A stretch of 64,000 nt of DNA from Candidatus Dojkabacteria bacterium UBA2022 (GTDB lineage Bacteria; Patescibacteriota; Dojkabacteria; SC72): assembly GCA_002335495.1 (NCBI GenBank), contig DDBW01000014.1:9831-73830 (forward strand), given 5' to 3'. Every line of letters begins with the position of its first letter. Positions within the stretch are counted from its first letter, which is position 1. The notes beneath the pieces were generated by a model, which worked only from the letters and a program-made list of their open reading frames with translations, did not search any database and had not been told where the DNA came from. Shown one piece after another: positions 47,201 through 56,426 of the stretch. The position numbers and the translations under genes are program-made.

Positions 47201-50200
47201 GACCGTATACACAAACTATTTACTTGGTTCAAGAGATATAGCATACACTAATCGCAAATCAGATAGCATCATTAAAACAGAAGGAAGCTATAGCCAGGAA
47301 ATAAAAAACACTTCTATACAAAACGACTCAAACACAATATCTGCATGGAGCTTTGAAGAAACCAGCGGAACCGGAGCGTTCATAAAAGATATCACCGGAA
47401 ACAATTCAATTACACCTACAGGATCTTCTTTAACAAGAGGAGTAATAGGGAATGCCCGATTATTCAGTACTTCAGATAACTTTGCGACAACACTGAACGG
47501 GTTTGATACTACTCAGAATAATATAACGGTTTCATTCTGGGCGAGGCCAACGATGACTGGCCCCATCAACACGACCTTTTTAGCGGCAACCCCAAATGAT
47601 ACAGCCAATAGGTTCTTAATACACTTCCCATGGAGTGATGGAAATATGTACTGGGATTATGGAGACATTAATACTGTAGGAAGACTATCGGCAGCATTTA
47701 ATTCATCATGGTACGGAGAGTGGGCCCACTGGGCGTTTGTATCCGAACAAGGAGTAGGGCAAAAAATATTTAGAAACGGGACCCTAATTGCAAGCGACGC
47801 GACAGCTGGGACGTTTACAAAGCAGGCAAAAACACTCTCCTTTCCAAGCAGTTGGCAGGGAGTGTTGGATGAGGTTGAAATCAGTGGAATAGCTAGAACT
47901 CAAAAAGAGATTAACGATGCCTACAGACAAGGAAGTGATAACTACATAAACCTTCCAGTTTCTAGTACCAATATTACCTCGGATAGAAACCTTAAATTTG
48001 ATATAGCTGCAGATACAGCAGGGCAATATTTAGAGGCAATTATAGGAGAATCTGCATTCGCAAACTACCAAACAGATAGCAATACTGTAGGGTTATGGCA
48101 CTTTGACGAGACAATAACCGACCCAGCATACTTTCAGGACACAAGCGGTAACAACAACAAGATAAATTACACTCCATTCACAGCAACCGGAGGTACAATA
48201 ACAACGTCTGGCATATATACAATACATACATTCACCACCAGTGGAACTTTTACCCCTAACAAGCCAGGTGTAGTAGATGCATTGGTAGTTGGCGGCGGAG
48301 GAGGAGGTGGTGGTGGTACATTAAGCGCATGGGGAGGAGGAGGTGGTGGTGGTGGCGTAGTTAAGACTACTACAAACTTAGTAATATCAGCAAATACTTC
48401 CGTTACAGTGGGAAATGGAGGAACTGCTGGAGCTCAAGACAATCCTGGAGGAAACGGAGGTAGTTCAGTATTTAGCACACTAACCTCCCTCGGAGGAGGA
48501 GGTGGTGGTGGTGGTGGTGGTGCTAACGCTACAGGTAGAAGCAATGGAACAGGAGGTGGGGCAGCCGCAGGAGGTACTGGAGTATCTGGTGGAACAAGTA
48601 TAGATGGGAGCGGATTCGCTGGAGGATCAGGTTCAACATGTAACACACCTTGTAGATCAGGAGGAGGTGGTGGTGCAGGCGCAGCTGGTACAAGTGGAGC
48701 AGTTGGGCCAGGTAACGGAGGAATTGGAATTCTAAATTCATTAACAGGTACTTCAACATATTATGGAGGAGGAGGTGGTGGTTCAGGAGGAACTCAGGGA
48801 GGAGTGGCTGGAACCGGAGGACAAGGGGGAGGCGCAAACGGAATAAACTTTGGAACAGCTGGAGCAGGGACGGCCAACACAGGAGGAGGAGGAGGAGGTG
48901 GTGGATACCAAGGATCGGGAGGAGCAGGTGGAAGCGGAATAGTAATTGTTAGATACGAGAATGGACAATCGACAACAGTAGGAGAAGGTCGCCTTGGAAA
49001 AGGAAGATACTTCAACGGACTAAGCGAATACTTACAAACTACGAATAATTATAACTTCACATCCGAAAGCTTCACTATTTCAATGTGGGTAAAACCATCT
49101 GATATCTCCAATAGCCCAGTTATGGTAAGTAACGGATCATGGCAGGTAGATGGATATTACATGCATATCCTAAGCAACGGTGGAGTCCAGTTTATAACAA
49201 GCCAAGCTGGAGTGATACAAGTTTCAAGCAGTAAAGCTGGATCAGTAAAAGTTAATCAGTGGAATCACATTGCGGTTGTAAGAAGTGGAAGTAGCGTAAG
49301 AACATATGTAAATGGGATGGATAAAACTACAGTGGTAGGGACGCATGTAAATCCCACATCCACAACGACACCGTTTAGAATAGGAAACTATAGTTCAGGG
49401 ACTTTGTATATGTATAAAGGATATCTAGACGAACTCCGAGTTGATCGTGTAGCGAGAACTGCAGAGGAGATAAGACAGGCATTCAACTTTGATAGTAGAA
49501 CATACGATATTGAGATTGATTTTGCAGCAAAGTTAGATAACTCAAATGTAATCAATAGCATTGCCGATACATCATTTATTGTAGATGCTACATACCATGG
49601 AGCACACCAGAAAGGAGACAACTTATACGTAGGTGACAAGATTATTGTTAGAGAGAATGTTAACGGTATAAGGTATATGGCAACCGGAACGGTAACCTCT
49701 GTAACAACATCAACAGGACTGACCTCGGTGGCCTCATGGGATGTGGGATCAACATTTCCACCGTCGGGCTATACCCAAAATGCAGGACTTTTTAAATGGC
49801 AAACTGAATATTGGAAAATCCAAGAAACAAATCTATCATCTCACTTAGATGCTGTAAGCCTAATCACAATAAGAGTAACAGATGGCAAGATTGGACGAGA
49901 ATTATGGATAGACAACATCGGCAGTACAGGTTCATACCTAACAAATCCTTCCGGATCAACAATTACATCATCCACCGGGAACCGGTACTTACAATATAGA
50001 GTAATACAAAATTCTAATAGCAGAGACCTAAGCAGTAAGCTAAGTCTTCTTAGCGTTGATTACACATCAAATGTGGCCCCCAATACCCCAACCTTAGATT
50101 CTCCATCCAATGTAACAGCCAGCCAGCCCCTTCGCCCAGTTCTAAGAACAACAGCAACAGATGTCGACCTTGACTACATCAGATACCGCATTCAATTGTG

Positions 50201-52694
50201 TGAAGATATTTTCATGACAAGAAACTGCCAAACCTTCGATCAGACTTCGTCTCAAACTGGGTGGAGTGGACAGAACACCCAAACAAATACAGCGTACACA
50301 AACGGCTCACAAGCCACATACACTCTACAATCCGATTTAGAAGAAGGTAAAACATACTATTGGAGATCATACGCAATCGATCCAGGTGGAATGAACCAAT
50401 GGAGTACCACTCAATCAGAACCATTTGCATTTGCGGTAAATGCCAGACCTCGACCAAATCAAAACGTATACAAACAACACTTTATAGCAAGGCGCGAGAG
50501 CTCATACCCTTCATCAACCACAGGATGGGCGAGCATAAACGGAGCAGCAGAGTCAGGTACTACAGGTTCGCCTAACGGATGGATTGCAGGATCAAACTTC
50601 ACGGTAGGAGATAGATATTTGATAATGGTATGGGGAAGCCATCAAGCAGATAATATTAGTGCAAAGAGCGGACTAAGAGTTAAATATGGACCAACTCCAT
50701 TCACGGAATCCCAAGCAATAGAGACAAGTAATCAAAGTGCCACCTCTTATAAAACTCCATACTTCTGGTTTACAGTATGGACCGCTCAAAATGCTAACCT
50801 TGAAGTCGAGACATACTGGAGCGGAAATGCTGGGACAGAATCTAGAGTTGAGGACATAACCTTAGTAGCAATAAATGCAGAAGATCTAATTGCAAATGGA
50901 GATCTACACTACAATATTTCAACAACGGGAGGAACATTAGACACCACCTACTCACCAAAAGCATCAGCAGCCTTTACGACAACAGAAGCCGCTCCATGGT
51001 GGATAATGGGATATAGCCAGGCCGACATTGTAGATTTAGATTCTGATAAATATCAGACAAGATTAAATCTAATTAGTACAGTTACATTCCCTGTTTATAA
51101 TCAGACTGAAACTCCATTTGGAGTTACCTCTATCTCAGGTAAAGATGCAGTCGATACCCCTGTCTACGGAACAGGATATGTACAGGAGATAGCAACTGGG
51201 ATAGATGTCGATGCCAACATTGAAATTAAAGAATCAGCCGCCAACCAACAGTGGGCAGCAGCAGGGGTTCTAGCATTGAACCTAAAAGCTTTCGACAGCT
51301 ATAGTTATGCGACAACAACAAATAACACAACTCTAAGTACGCCATCGGCATGGATAGAGCAAGCACAAATTAACCCATTAAACAGATATGCTTCCAATTA
51401 TCTAATTGCTTCAGGTGCAGTAATCGATGATGCAGGGACAAAAACAATTTCTAGAATACAAAACTCTGAAATAAACGTAACCGACGATGTCGGAGGATGG
51501 CGACATAATACAGGAGATATAATGCCAGTCACACTTGCAGATGCGTTCCCCAACCTAACAGGGGGCATTAAGAATATTGAGATGGACTCGCAAAGTACCT
51601 TGGCAGGAACAGCAACAGTGGACGATAGATGGATCGTTGCACTGTCGCTTGAGGAGCCTGCTATCGGACCAACTTTAAATACCCCAGCAGCAGGAGCAAC
51701 GAATCAAAGTGTTCGAACCCAGTTCAAAGTAGTGGCACACGACCCTGATAGCGACTCCCTTATGTATAAAATTGATCTGTGCTCTAACTTAGCAATGACA
51801 ACTGATTGTCAAACCTTTAACCAACAATCCTCACAAACAGGATGGACAGGGCAAAATGCATTCTCAAACCAAAGATACGCATCTGGAACGGAAGGTACCT
51901 ACACCCTGCAATCCGACCTCAACCCAAACACCACCTACTACTGGAGAGCCTATGTGATTGATCCAAGCGGGACAAACGTCTTCACCGCAGCTAGCGCAGT
52001 AAGATCTTTCACAACCTCGCAAAGCCCATTCCAACCATCAGCGATAGAAATTGAAGCAAGTACCAATCCAACCGGAGTGACAGACTTGACCCCAGAAATA
52101 AGCGCGCTACATACGGATCCGGAAAGTGACAGTGCAAACTATATTAGAATACAGGTAAGTACCGTCAGTAATTTTGCTTCAACAGTATGGGATACAGGTA
52201 AGCTAATCATGACAACAACGGCTCACGGCGTTCGCACTCCAACCCTCAGTTATAGTGGTTCAACACTATACTTAAACGGGCAGCTATACTACGTTCGAAT
52301 CAAACTGTGGGATGTAAAAGGAGCAGAAAGTGCATGGTCCAATACTGCTACATTCCAAATGCACAAATTAGAGCCAGCTAACGGATGCCATATAACAGAT
52401 ACTGACCCAACGGACACAACCATAATCATAAAATGGAACGATAACAGCGCTCTCGAAGATGGGTATAGGGTACAAAGAAGCGTTAACGGAGGTGCCTTCG
52501 CCAACTTGATAACTAAGCCAGCCAACTCAACCTTCCACACCGATACAATTTCAGCAGGTAATACATACAGATATAGAATTGCTACAACCCACTCTTCATA
52601 CTTCGCAGCAGACTGTACAACCTCTACTGCAGACGTGAAAGTTGGAGAAATTAGGATAGGGGGAATTAAGATAGGAGGGATAAAGATAGATTAA
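44238..52694 (+). CDS. giant (2818 aa) cell-surface protein: N-terminal signal-anchor, at least five LamG/concanavalin-A-like lectin domains, a Gly-rich low-complexity domain, and duplicated FN3-like modules
   Basis: Single N-terminal TM. LamG-like modules repeatedly end in an xDExRISxRARTxEEI-type strand (IDEVRISDRARTKEEI, LDEVEISGIARTQKEI, LDELRVDRVARTAEEI). A GGGGGGGG-rich region lies at about 48.29-48.95 kb. Paired TYYWRxYxIDP modules at about 50.1 and 51.7 kb. A C-terminal FN3-like segment (YRVQRSVNGGAF...YRYRIAT). Confidence 0.8.
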   Translation: MAFSERVLKRKFKKNILVISFILVAILPVIAFNIIKIINNPVPRFVETPESSKYILEVSNQNYKAKIGGKDGNTASVQFINPDKKDITFSYISQDKKKPTVESDSRKVTFKNVDKNIDIEYIPLANGLKENIILTDKPKSNYYYFATDIKEAIVKKHYKGEGVPAFYTEKGEYLFNIEPGYAIDARGKRTDDVKIDVIKSEGKHYIRVNVDEKWLKSENRAFPIKVDPTIVYDTTSEFANGVFNRARDTGSGANPVIETSYQELNTDTHTAGLWHMNESSGNIQDASGNGNIGTPTGTTVVTGIVSNARDFNGTSDFINLGNASILNITGDISIEAWVKVDSYASGLAVLTWANGAYTLFPYHIVINTTGTLRFNSSTTGSFDSTGIVPLGVWTHIAVTTEGKLLSFYINGQLDTTHQLPSATRSAGDGYLSLSRASTQYFDGSIDEVRISDRARTKEEILQSYNKSAYSVYTSEVIDIGSAVVTWNNLTWTEQGVLTGGAETLSNTANLVAQWNLNETSGTTAANNAGSCGASCNGTLVNFTNTSGQDTTPISGWSNKEARWGNGGIMLDGADDYINIPDPTNGSLDFGTSSLTLSTWIKATSDNTIGRWILSKTLTTSTTMYFIGHHTDGTIRWRANDGTNAFDLYSNVRILDSKWHNIVAVIDKSNNTARLYIDGILTGSTSISGSMNLASTFDFTVGAFKDTTGATSNHFGGVIDSISIYSRALETNEILSNYQSSNLEIQTRVGSDTTPNDGSWETWRPNTVENSLTAMDNQFLYPTNDSGQTLYWPLDETANNTCTGGVNDVCDKTGSNDAEILGTTIRSGVYGRSRGFPGNTIVDFIYEPSYTAIPTTSISVEFWIKTRGNLDGIFSYASTAGDNDFLIYDSSNLQIFRNTTPLVSGVSVNDNQWHHVVATWRSSDGQTQIYKDGKLAYTGTTQTGTSITTGGVLMIGQEQDSIGGGLSAAQAFKGTIDEIKVFNTVLSASTVYTNYLLGSRDIAYTNRKSDSIIKTEGSYSQEIKNTSIQNDSNTISAWSFEETSGTGAFIKDITGNNSITPTGSSLTRGVIGNARLFSTSDNFATTLNGFDTTQNNITVSFWARPTMTGPINTTFLAATPNDTANRFLIHFPWSDGNMYWDYGDINTVGRLSAAFNSSWYGEWAHWAFVSEQGVGQKIFRNGTLIASDATAGTFTKQAKTLSFPSSWQGVLDEVEISGIARTQKEINDAYRQGSDNYINLPVSSTNITSDRNLKFDIAADTAGQYLEAIIGESAFANYQTDSNTVGLWHFDETITDPAYFQDTSGNNNKINYTPFTATGGTITTSGIYTIHTFTTSGTFTPNKPGVVDALVVGGGGGGGGGTLSAWGGGGGGGGVVKTTTNLVISANTSVTVGNGGTAGAQDNPGGNGGSSVFSTLTSLGGGGGGGGGGANATGRSNGTGGGAAAGGTGVSGGTSIDGSGFAGGSGSTCNTPCRSGGGGGAGAAGTSGAVGPGNGGIGILNSLTGTSTYYGGGGGGSGGTQGGVAGTGGQGGGANGINFGTAGAGTANTGGGGGGGGYQGSGGAGGSGIVIVRYENGQSTTVGEGRLGKGRYFNGLSEYLQTTNNYNFTSESFTISMWVKPSDISNSPVMVSNGSWQVDGYYMHILSNGGVQFITSQAGVIQVSSSKAGSVKVNQWNHIAVVRSGSSVRTYVNGMDKTTVVGTHVNPTSTTTPFRIGNYSSGTLYMYKGYLDELRVDRVARTAEEIRQAFNFDSRTYDIEIDFAAKLDNSNVINSIADTSFIVDATYHGAHQKGDNLYVGDKIIVRENVNGIRYMATGTVTSVTTSTGLTSVASWDVGSTFPPSGYTQNAGLFKWQTEYWKIQETNLSSHLDAVSLITIRVTDGKIGRELWIDNIGSTGSYLTNPSGSTITSSTGNRYLQYRVIQNSNSRDLSSKLSLLSVDYTSNVAPNTPTLDSPSNVTASQPLRPVLRTTATDVDLDYIRYRIQLCEDIFMTRNCQTFDQTSSQTGWSGQNTQTNTAYTNGSQATYTLQSDLEEGKTYYWRSYAIDPGGMNQWSTTQSEPFAFAVNARPRPNQNVYKQHFIARRESSYPSSTTGWASINGAAESGTTGSPNGWIAGSNFTVGDRYLIMVWGSHQADNISAKSGLRVKYGPTPFTESQAIETSNQSATSYKTPYFWFTVWTAQNANLEVETYWSGNAGTESRVEDITLVAINAEDLIANGDLHYNISTTGGTLDTTYSPKASAAFTTTEAAPWWIMGYSQADIVDLDSDKYQTRLNLISTVTFPVYNQTETPFGVTSISGKDAVDTPVYGTGYVQEIATGIDVDANIEIKESAANQQWAAAGVLALNLKAFDSYSYATTTNNTTLSTPSAWIEQAQINPLNRYASNYLIASGAVIDDAGTKTISRIQNSEINVTDDVGGWRHNTGDIMPVTLADAFPNLTGGIKNIEMDSQSTLAGTATVDDRWIVALSLEEPAIGPTLNTPAAGATNQSVRTQFKVVAHDPDSDSLMYKIDLCSNLAMTTDCQTFNQQSSQTGWTGQNAFSNQRYASGTEGTYTLQSDLNPNTTYYWRAYVIDPSGTNVFTAASAVRSFTTSQSPFQPSAIEIEASTNPTGVTDLTPEISALHTDPESDSANYIRIQVSTVSNFASTVWDTGKLIMTTTAHGVRTPTLSYSGSTLYLNGQLYYVRIKLWDVKGAESAWSNTATFQMHKLEPANGCHITDTDPTDTTIIIKWNDNSALEDGYRVQRSVNGGAFANLITKPANSTFHTDTISAGNTYRYRIATTHSSYFAADCTTSTADVKVGEIRIGGIKIGGIKID
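48291..48950 (+). repeat. Gly-codon (GGN) low-complexity DNA repeat region inside the giant surface-protein gene
   Basis: Runs of ggaggaggtggtggtggt. These explain the Pro-rich antisense ORFs in the track. Confidence 0.7.
52648..52691 (+). repeat. three imperfect 15-bp tandem repeats encoding (IR/K)IGG at the extreme C-terminus of the giant protein
   Basis: attaggataggggga / attaagataggaggg / ataaagatagat, then the stop codon. Confidence 0.6.
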
Positions 52695-52722
52695 TTTATC
52701 ATATTAATGTAAAATCTATACT

Positions 52723-53454
52723 ATGAGCTTAAAAATTGACTCGTTCAAAAAACTTAGAAAAGAGAAAAATAAGTGGAAAACCGAAACATGGGAGGAGTAT
52801 GAAGATCGAGAGAAAGCCTTCCTAAAAGAGCGACTACTCAGCAAAGAGCCCACTATTAAAGGGCAGGTGCGAATAACTGCAGGAAGTGCAAAAAATGTAC
52901 AAATAGATATTCCTCGAACCACAAGACCTCTTACCGATAGAATGAAAGTCAGAGTTTTTGACATATTAAACACAGATATTGTTAATAAAGAAGTCCTTGA
53001 CCTATACGCCGGTTCAGGAAGCTTTGGACTAGAGGCGCTCTCAAGAGGAGCAAAAAACGCAACCTTTGTGGATGCTGCCAAACAGGCTTTCGGAGTACTC
53101 GAAAATAATGCTAAAGCAACAGGTTTTTCATCATCATCAGAAGTAATTAAGATGAAGGTAGAAGAGTACCTATTCAAAAAAACTACCGAGGGCAATGTCG
53201 TATTTGACATCATCTTCATGGATCCTCCCTACAAACTTTTCAATAAGAAGAAAATGTTTAATATTGAAAAAGTACTCAACGATGCAAGCAAACTTCTTCC
53301 GGCTGTACAAAAGATAAAAGGGAGATTCAAGGGAGCAATAATCGTTAAACACCCCAGGCGCTACCCAATCGAGAAGTTAAAGCTCGATAATATAAAAGCC
53401 TATGAGACTTTTGAATTCGGACTAAACTGCATAACAATATACATTGTAAAATAG
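52723..53454 (+). CDS. rsmD: 16S rRNA (guanine966-N2)-methyltransferase RsmD-like
   Basis: Motifs RITAGSAKN...RPLTDRMKVRVFDIL, LDLYAGSGSFGLEALSRGA and DPPY. Confidence 0.75.
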   Translation: MSLKIDSFKKLRKEKNKWKTETWEEYEDREKAFLKERLLSKEPTIKGQVRITAGSAKNVQIDIPRTTRPLTDRMKVRVFDILNTDIVNKEVLDLYAGSGSFGLEALSRGAKNATFVDAAKQAFGVLENNAKATGFSSSSEVIKMKVEEYLFKKTTEGNVVFDIIFMDPPYKLFNKKKMFNIEKVLNDASKLLPAVQKIKGRFKGAIIVKHPRRYPIEKLKLDNIKAYETFEFGLNCITIYIVK

Positions 53455-53459
53455 TAACA

Positions 53460-53864
53460 GTGAGTACTAAGTCGAACTACCTTACATCAATTCGAATAAG
53501 TTTCTTCATTGTGTATGCATGGTTTGGGCTTTTAAAAGTATTTGATGTCAGCGGGGCCACAAACCTAGTACAAGACCTCCTCAATTTTATGCTTCCAGGA
53601 TTTCCAGAAGACCTCTTTGTATTTCTTTTTGGACTCTTCGAAGTACTTATAGGGATTATATTTCTATACAAACCCTTCACTAAACTTGCGATATTTTTTG
53701 CAACCGTACACTTAATGATGTGTGCCTTCCCACTATTTGTTCTCCCATACTACACATGGAACGGATCAATGATTCTAACTCAGGTAGGACAGTACATAGT
53801 AAAAAACATATTTATCGTGAGTGCCCTTATAGGATTATGGGAAACGGAGGTTATGGGTAAATAG
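53460..53864 (+). CDS. small 4-TM membrane protein (DoxX-like?)
   Basis: Hydrophobic 134-aa ORF. Confidence 0.4.
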   Translation: MSTKSNYLTSIRISFFIVYAWFGLLKVFDVSGATNLVQDLLNFMLPGFPEDLFVFLFGLFEVLIGIIFLYKPFTKLAIFFATVHLMMCAFPLFVLPYYTWNGSMILTQVGQYIVKNIFIVSALIGLWETEVMGK

Positions 53865-54015
53865 CCATTGCAAATTAATTATATTCGCTATAAAATCAAG
53901 TACATGTACAAAATATTCGGTAAAACCAAAGAAAACGTGCTTAAGATTGTCTTCCCAACATCCCTGTGATGTTATTATTTTCAATTTTCCATATTAAATT
54001 ATATTTAAACCTTTA

Positions 54016-55791
54016 ATGGCTAGTTCAAATAATAATCAGGATCATATCTCAGAGTTAGAACGAATGAGACATACTGCATCACATATATTGGCACAGGCAG
54101 TACTTAAATTCTATCCTGACACCAAGCTCGGGATAGGACCTGCAATTGACGACGGCTTCTACTACGATTTTGAATTTGCGGAACCGATATCCGAGGAAGA
54201 TCTTGAGAGATTCGAAAAGGAGATGAAGAGAATTATTGATGAGAATCTCCCAATGAAGCAAAGCTTCATGAAGAGAAAAGATGCTGAAAAATACCTCAAA
54301 GAGAAAGATCAGAAATTCAAGCTTGAATTACTCAAAGATATACCTGATAAAGAGATTAGTTTCTACATAACAGGAGACAATCAATTTGTAGATATGTGTA
54401 GAGGACCACACGTTGAATCTACAGGAAAAGTTGGAGCTGTAAAATTGAAAAGCATTGCAGGAGCATACTGGAGAGGAGATGAAAAGCGTCCAATGTTAAC
54501 AAGAATCTATGGATTTGCCTTTGATACAAAAAAGGAATTAAATAACTATATTGAACTTCTTGCTGAAGCAGAGAAGAGAGATCACAGAGTTCTAGGTAAA
54601 GAGCTTGGATTATTCATATACTCTGATTTGGTAGGAAAGGGACTGCCACTATGGACTGCTAAAGGCGCCACAATTAGACGAATCCTTGAAAGATTCATCG
54701 TAGATGAGGAGATTAAAAGAGGATATCAGCATGTATACACCCCAGATATCGCCAAAATAGAACTGTATAAAACATCCGGTCACTACCCATACTACAAAGA
54801 TTCAATGTATGCTCCAATCAAAGTAGACGATGAAGAGTTTATGCTCAGACCAATGACCTGTCCACATCACTTTGAGCTATATTCCGCTCAGAAGCGAAGC
54901 TACCGTGAACTTCCGATGAGAATTGCCGAATTAGCGAAACTTTATAGATACGAAAAGAGCGGTGAACTTAGTGGATTAATAAGAGTACGAAGCTTCTGCC
55001 TTGCAGATGCGCACATAATTGCAATGCCATCACAAGCCCACGATGAAATAAACAGAGCCCTAGACCTCATTGAGTATGCGGCAGGTGTGTTTGGACTAGA
55101 ACCAAATAAAGATTACAGATACAGACTATCTCTTGGTGATAGAAGCAACTCTGAGAAGTACTTTAAAGATGATGAGTCTTGGGATTTTGCAGAGAACGTA
55201 CTCAGAGAGGTATTAGCAAAGCGAGATGTAGAGAGCTATGAAGCCCCAGGAGAGGCTGCTTTCTACGGTCCTAAGATTGATATTCAAATGAAAAATATTC
55301 TTGGCAAAGAAGATACTGCCTTCACAGTACAGTATGACTTTGTAATGCCAAAGCGATTTGATCTTAAATACTCAGACGATAAAGGTGAAGAGCAGGAGCC
55401 AGTAGTAATCCATAGATCATCTATAGGTGCGATTGAAAGAATAATTGCCTTCCTTATTGAAAAATATGGAGGAGTCTTCCCATTATGGATGGCTCCAGTA
55501 CAGGTTAAGGTACTACCAATTTCTGATGCCCAGGCCGATTACGCTAGGCAGGTAACCGAGAGATTACAGAGCGAAGATATCAGAGTTATTCTGGACGACA
55601 GAAACGAAACCCTACAGTATAGAATCAGAGACGGCGAGGTAAATAAAATTCCGTATATGGTAATAGTTGGAAACAAAGAGATCGAAACAAATACCGTATC
55701 AGTAAGGTCACACGGAAGCAAAGAGATTGGACTTATGAAAATTGATGAGTTCGTGCAGGCATTAAATAAAGAGATTGAATCCAAATCTTAA
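54016..55791 (+). CDS. thrS: threonine--tRNA ligase
   Basis: Class II aaRS motifs and a C-terminal anticodon-binding domain. It heads the conserved thrS-infC-rpmI-rplT-pheST arrangement. Confidence 0.85.
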   Translation: MASSNNNQDHISELERMRHTASHILAQAVLKFYPDTKLGIGPAIDDGFYYDFEFAEPISEEDLERFEKEMKRIIDENLPMKQSFMKRKDAEKYLKEKDQKFKLELLKDIPDKEISFYITGDNQFVDMCRGPHVESTGKVGAVKLKSIAGAYWRGDEKRPMLTRIYGFAFDTKKELNNYIELLAEAEKRDHRVLGKELGLFIYSDLVGKGLPLWTAKGATIRRILERFIVDEEIKRGYQHVYTPDIAKIELYKTSGHYPYYKDSMYAPIKVDDEEFMLRPMTCPHHFELYSAQKRSYRELPMRIAELAKLYRYEKSGELSGLIRVRSFCLADAHIIAMPSQAHDEINRALDLIEYAAGVFGLEPNKDYRYRLSLGDRSNSEKYFKDDESWDFAENVLREVLAKRDVESYEAPGEAAFYGPKIDIQMKNILGKEDTAFTVQYDFVMPKRFDLKYSDDKGEEQEPVVIHRSSIGAIERIIAFLIEKYGGVFPLWMAPVQVKVLPISDAQADYARQVTERLQSEDIRVILDDRNETLQYRIRDGEVNKIPYMVIVGNKEIETNTVSVRSHGSKEIGLMKIDEFVQALNKEIESKS

Positions 55792-55823
55792 TTAAACTAA
55801 TTTTATATTTATATACTTAATAA

Positions 55824-56426
55824 ATGGAATTTAAGAAAACTTTCAAAAGACCATATAACAATAACAACGGATATAACCGAAACAACGGTAGTTATAACCG
55901 AGGGAATGCCGATAAAAAACAGTACGGACCAAGAAGAAACGAATTTATAAGAGTCCCACAAGTAATGGTAATCGGAGACCAAGGAGAGAATCTTGGAGTT
56001 ATGAAAACAGACGAAGCTATTAAACTAGCGCAATCTAAGGGATTAGACCTTGTTGAGGTAGGTGCGACCGTAAATCCACCAGTATGCAAAATCATCGACT
56101 ATGCTAAGTATGTGTACGAGTTAAACAAGAAGCAGAGAAAGAATAAAAATAAAGCTAAGGATATGAAGGAGTTTAAATTCAGTCCTGTTATTGACATCGG
56201 AGATATAGAACTGAGAGTAAGAAGATCGAAGGAATTTATAGATAAAGGACATAATGTTCGACTCACAATGGTAAGAAAGGGGAGGCAGACTCACGAATTG
56301 GCAATACAAGTTTTCAATGATATATTGACTAATTTCGAAGGCTATAGTACTATTGAGCCCGAGAAAAAAGTAGAAGGTAAAACTATATTTATAACTTTCA
56401 AAGCAAATGGCAAGGCAAAGAACTAG
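55824..56426 (+). CDS. infC: translation initiation factor IF-3, with an Asn/Arg-rich N-terminal extension
   Basis: IF3 N-domain IRVPQVMVIGDQGENLGVM...GLDLVEV plus a C-domain. The N-terminus is an unusual NNNNGYNRNNGSYNRGN low-complexity stretch. Confidence 0.8.
   Translation: MEFKKTFKRPYNNNNGYNRNNGSYNRGNADKKQYGPRRNEFIRVPQVMVIGDQGENLGVMKTDEAIKLAQSKGLDLVEVGATVNPPVCKIIDYAKYVYELNKKQRKNKNKAKDMKEFKFSPVIDIGDIELRVRRSKEFIDKGHNVRLTMVRKGRQTHELAIQVFNDILTNFEGYSTIEPEKKVEGKTIFITFKANGKAKN

Noticed and set aside
48434-49015. Pro-rich minus-strand ORFs (PPPPPPP...) inside the giant gene
   Set aside because: They are the antisense reading of the GGN Gly-codon repeats. They have no independent start or RBS context and the plus frame is continuous.
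44238-52694. Possibility that the LamG-rich giant protein is a diversity-generating retroelement target
   Set aside because: There is no reverse-transcriptase ORF in the window. The only internal repeats are diverged domain duplications, not a near-identical template/variable pair with adenine-specific mismatches.
53865-54015. T-box or other leader upstream of thrS
   Set aside because: There is no GGTACCGCG-type T-box sequence or terminator/antiterminator pair, and 150 nt is too short for a canonical T-box leader.
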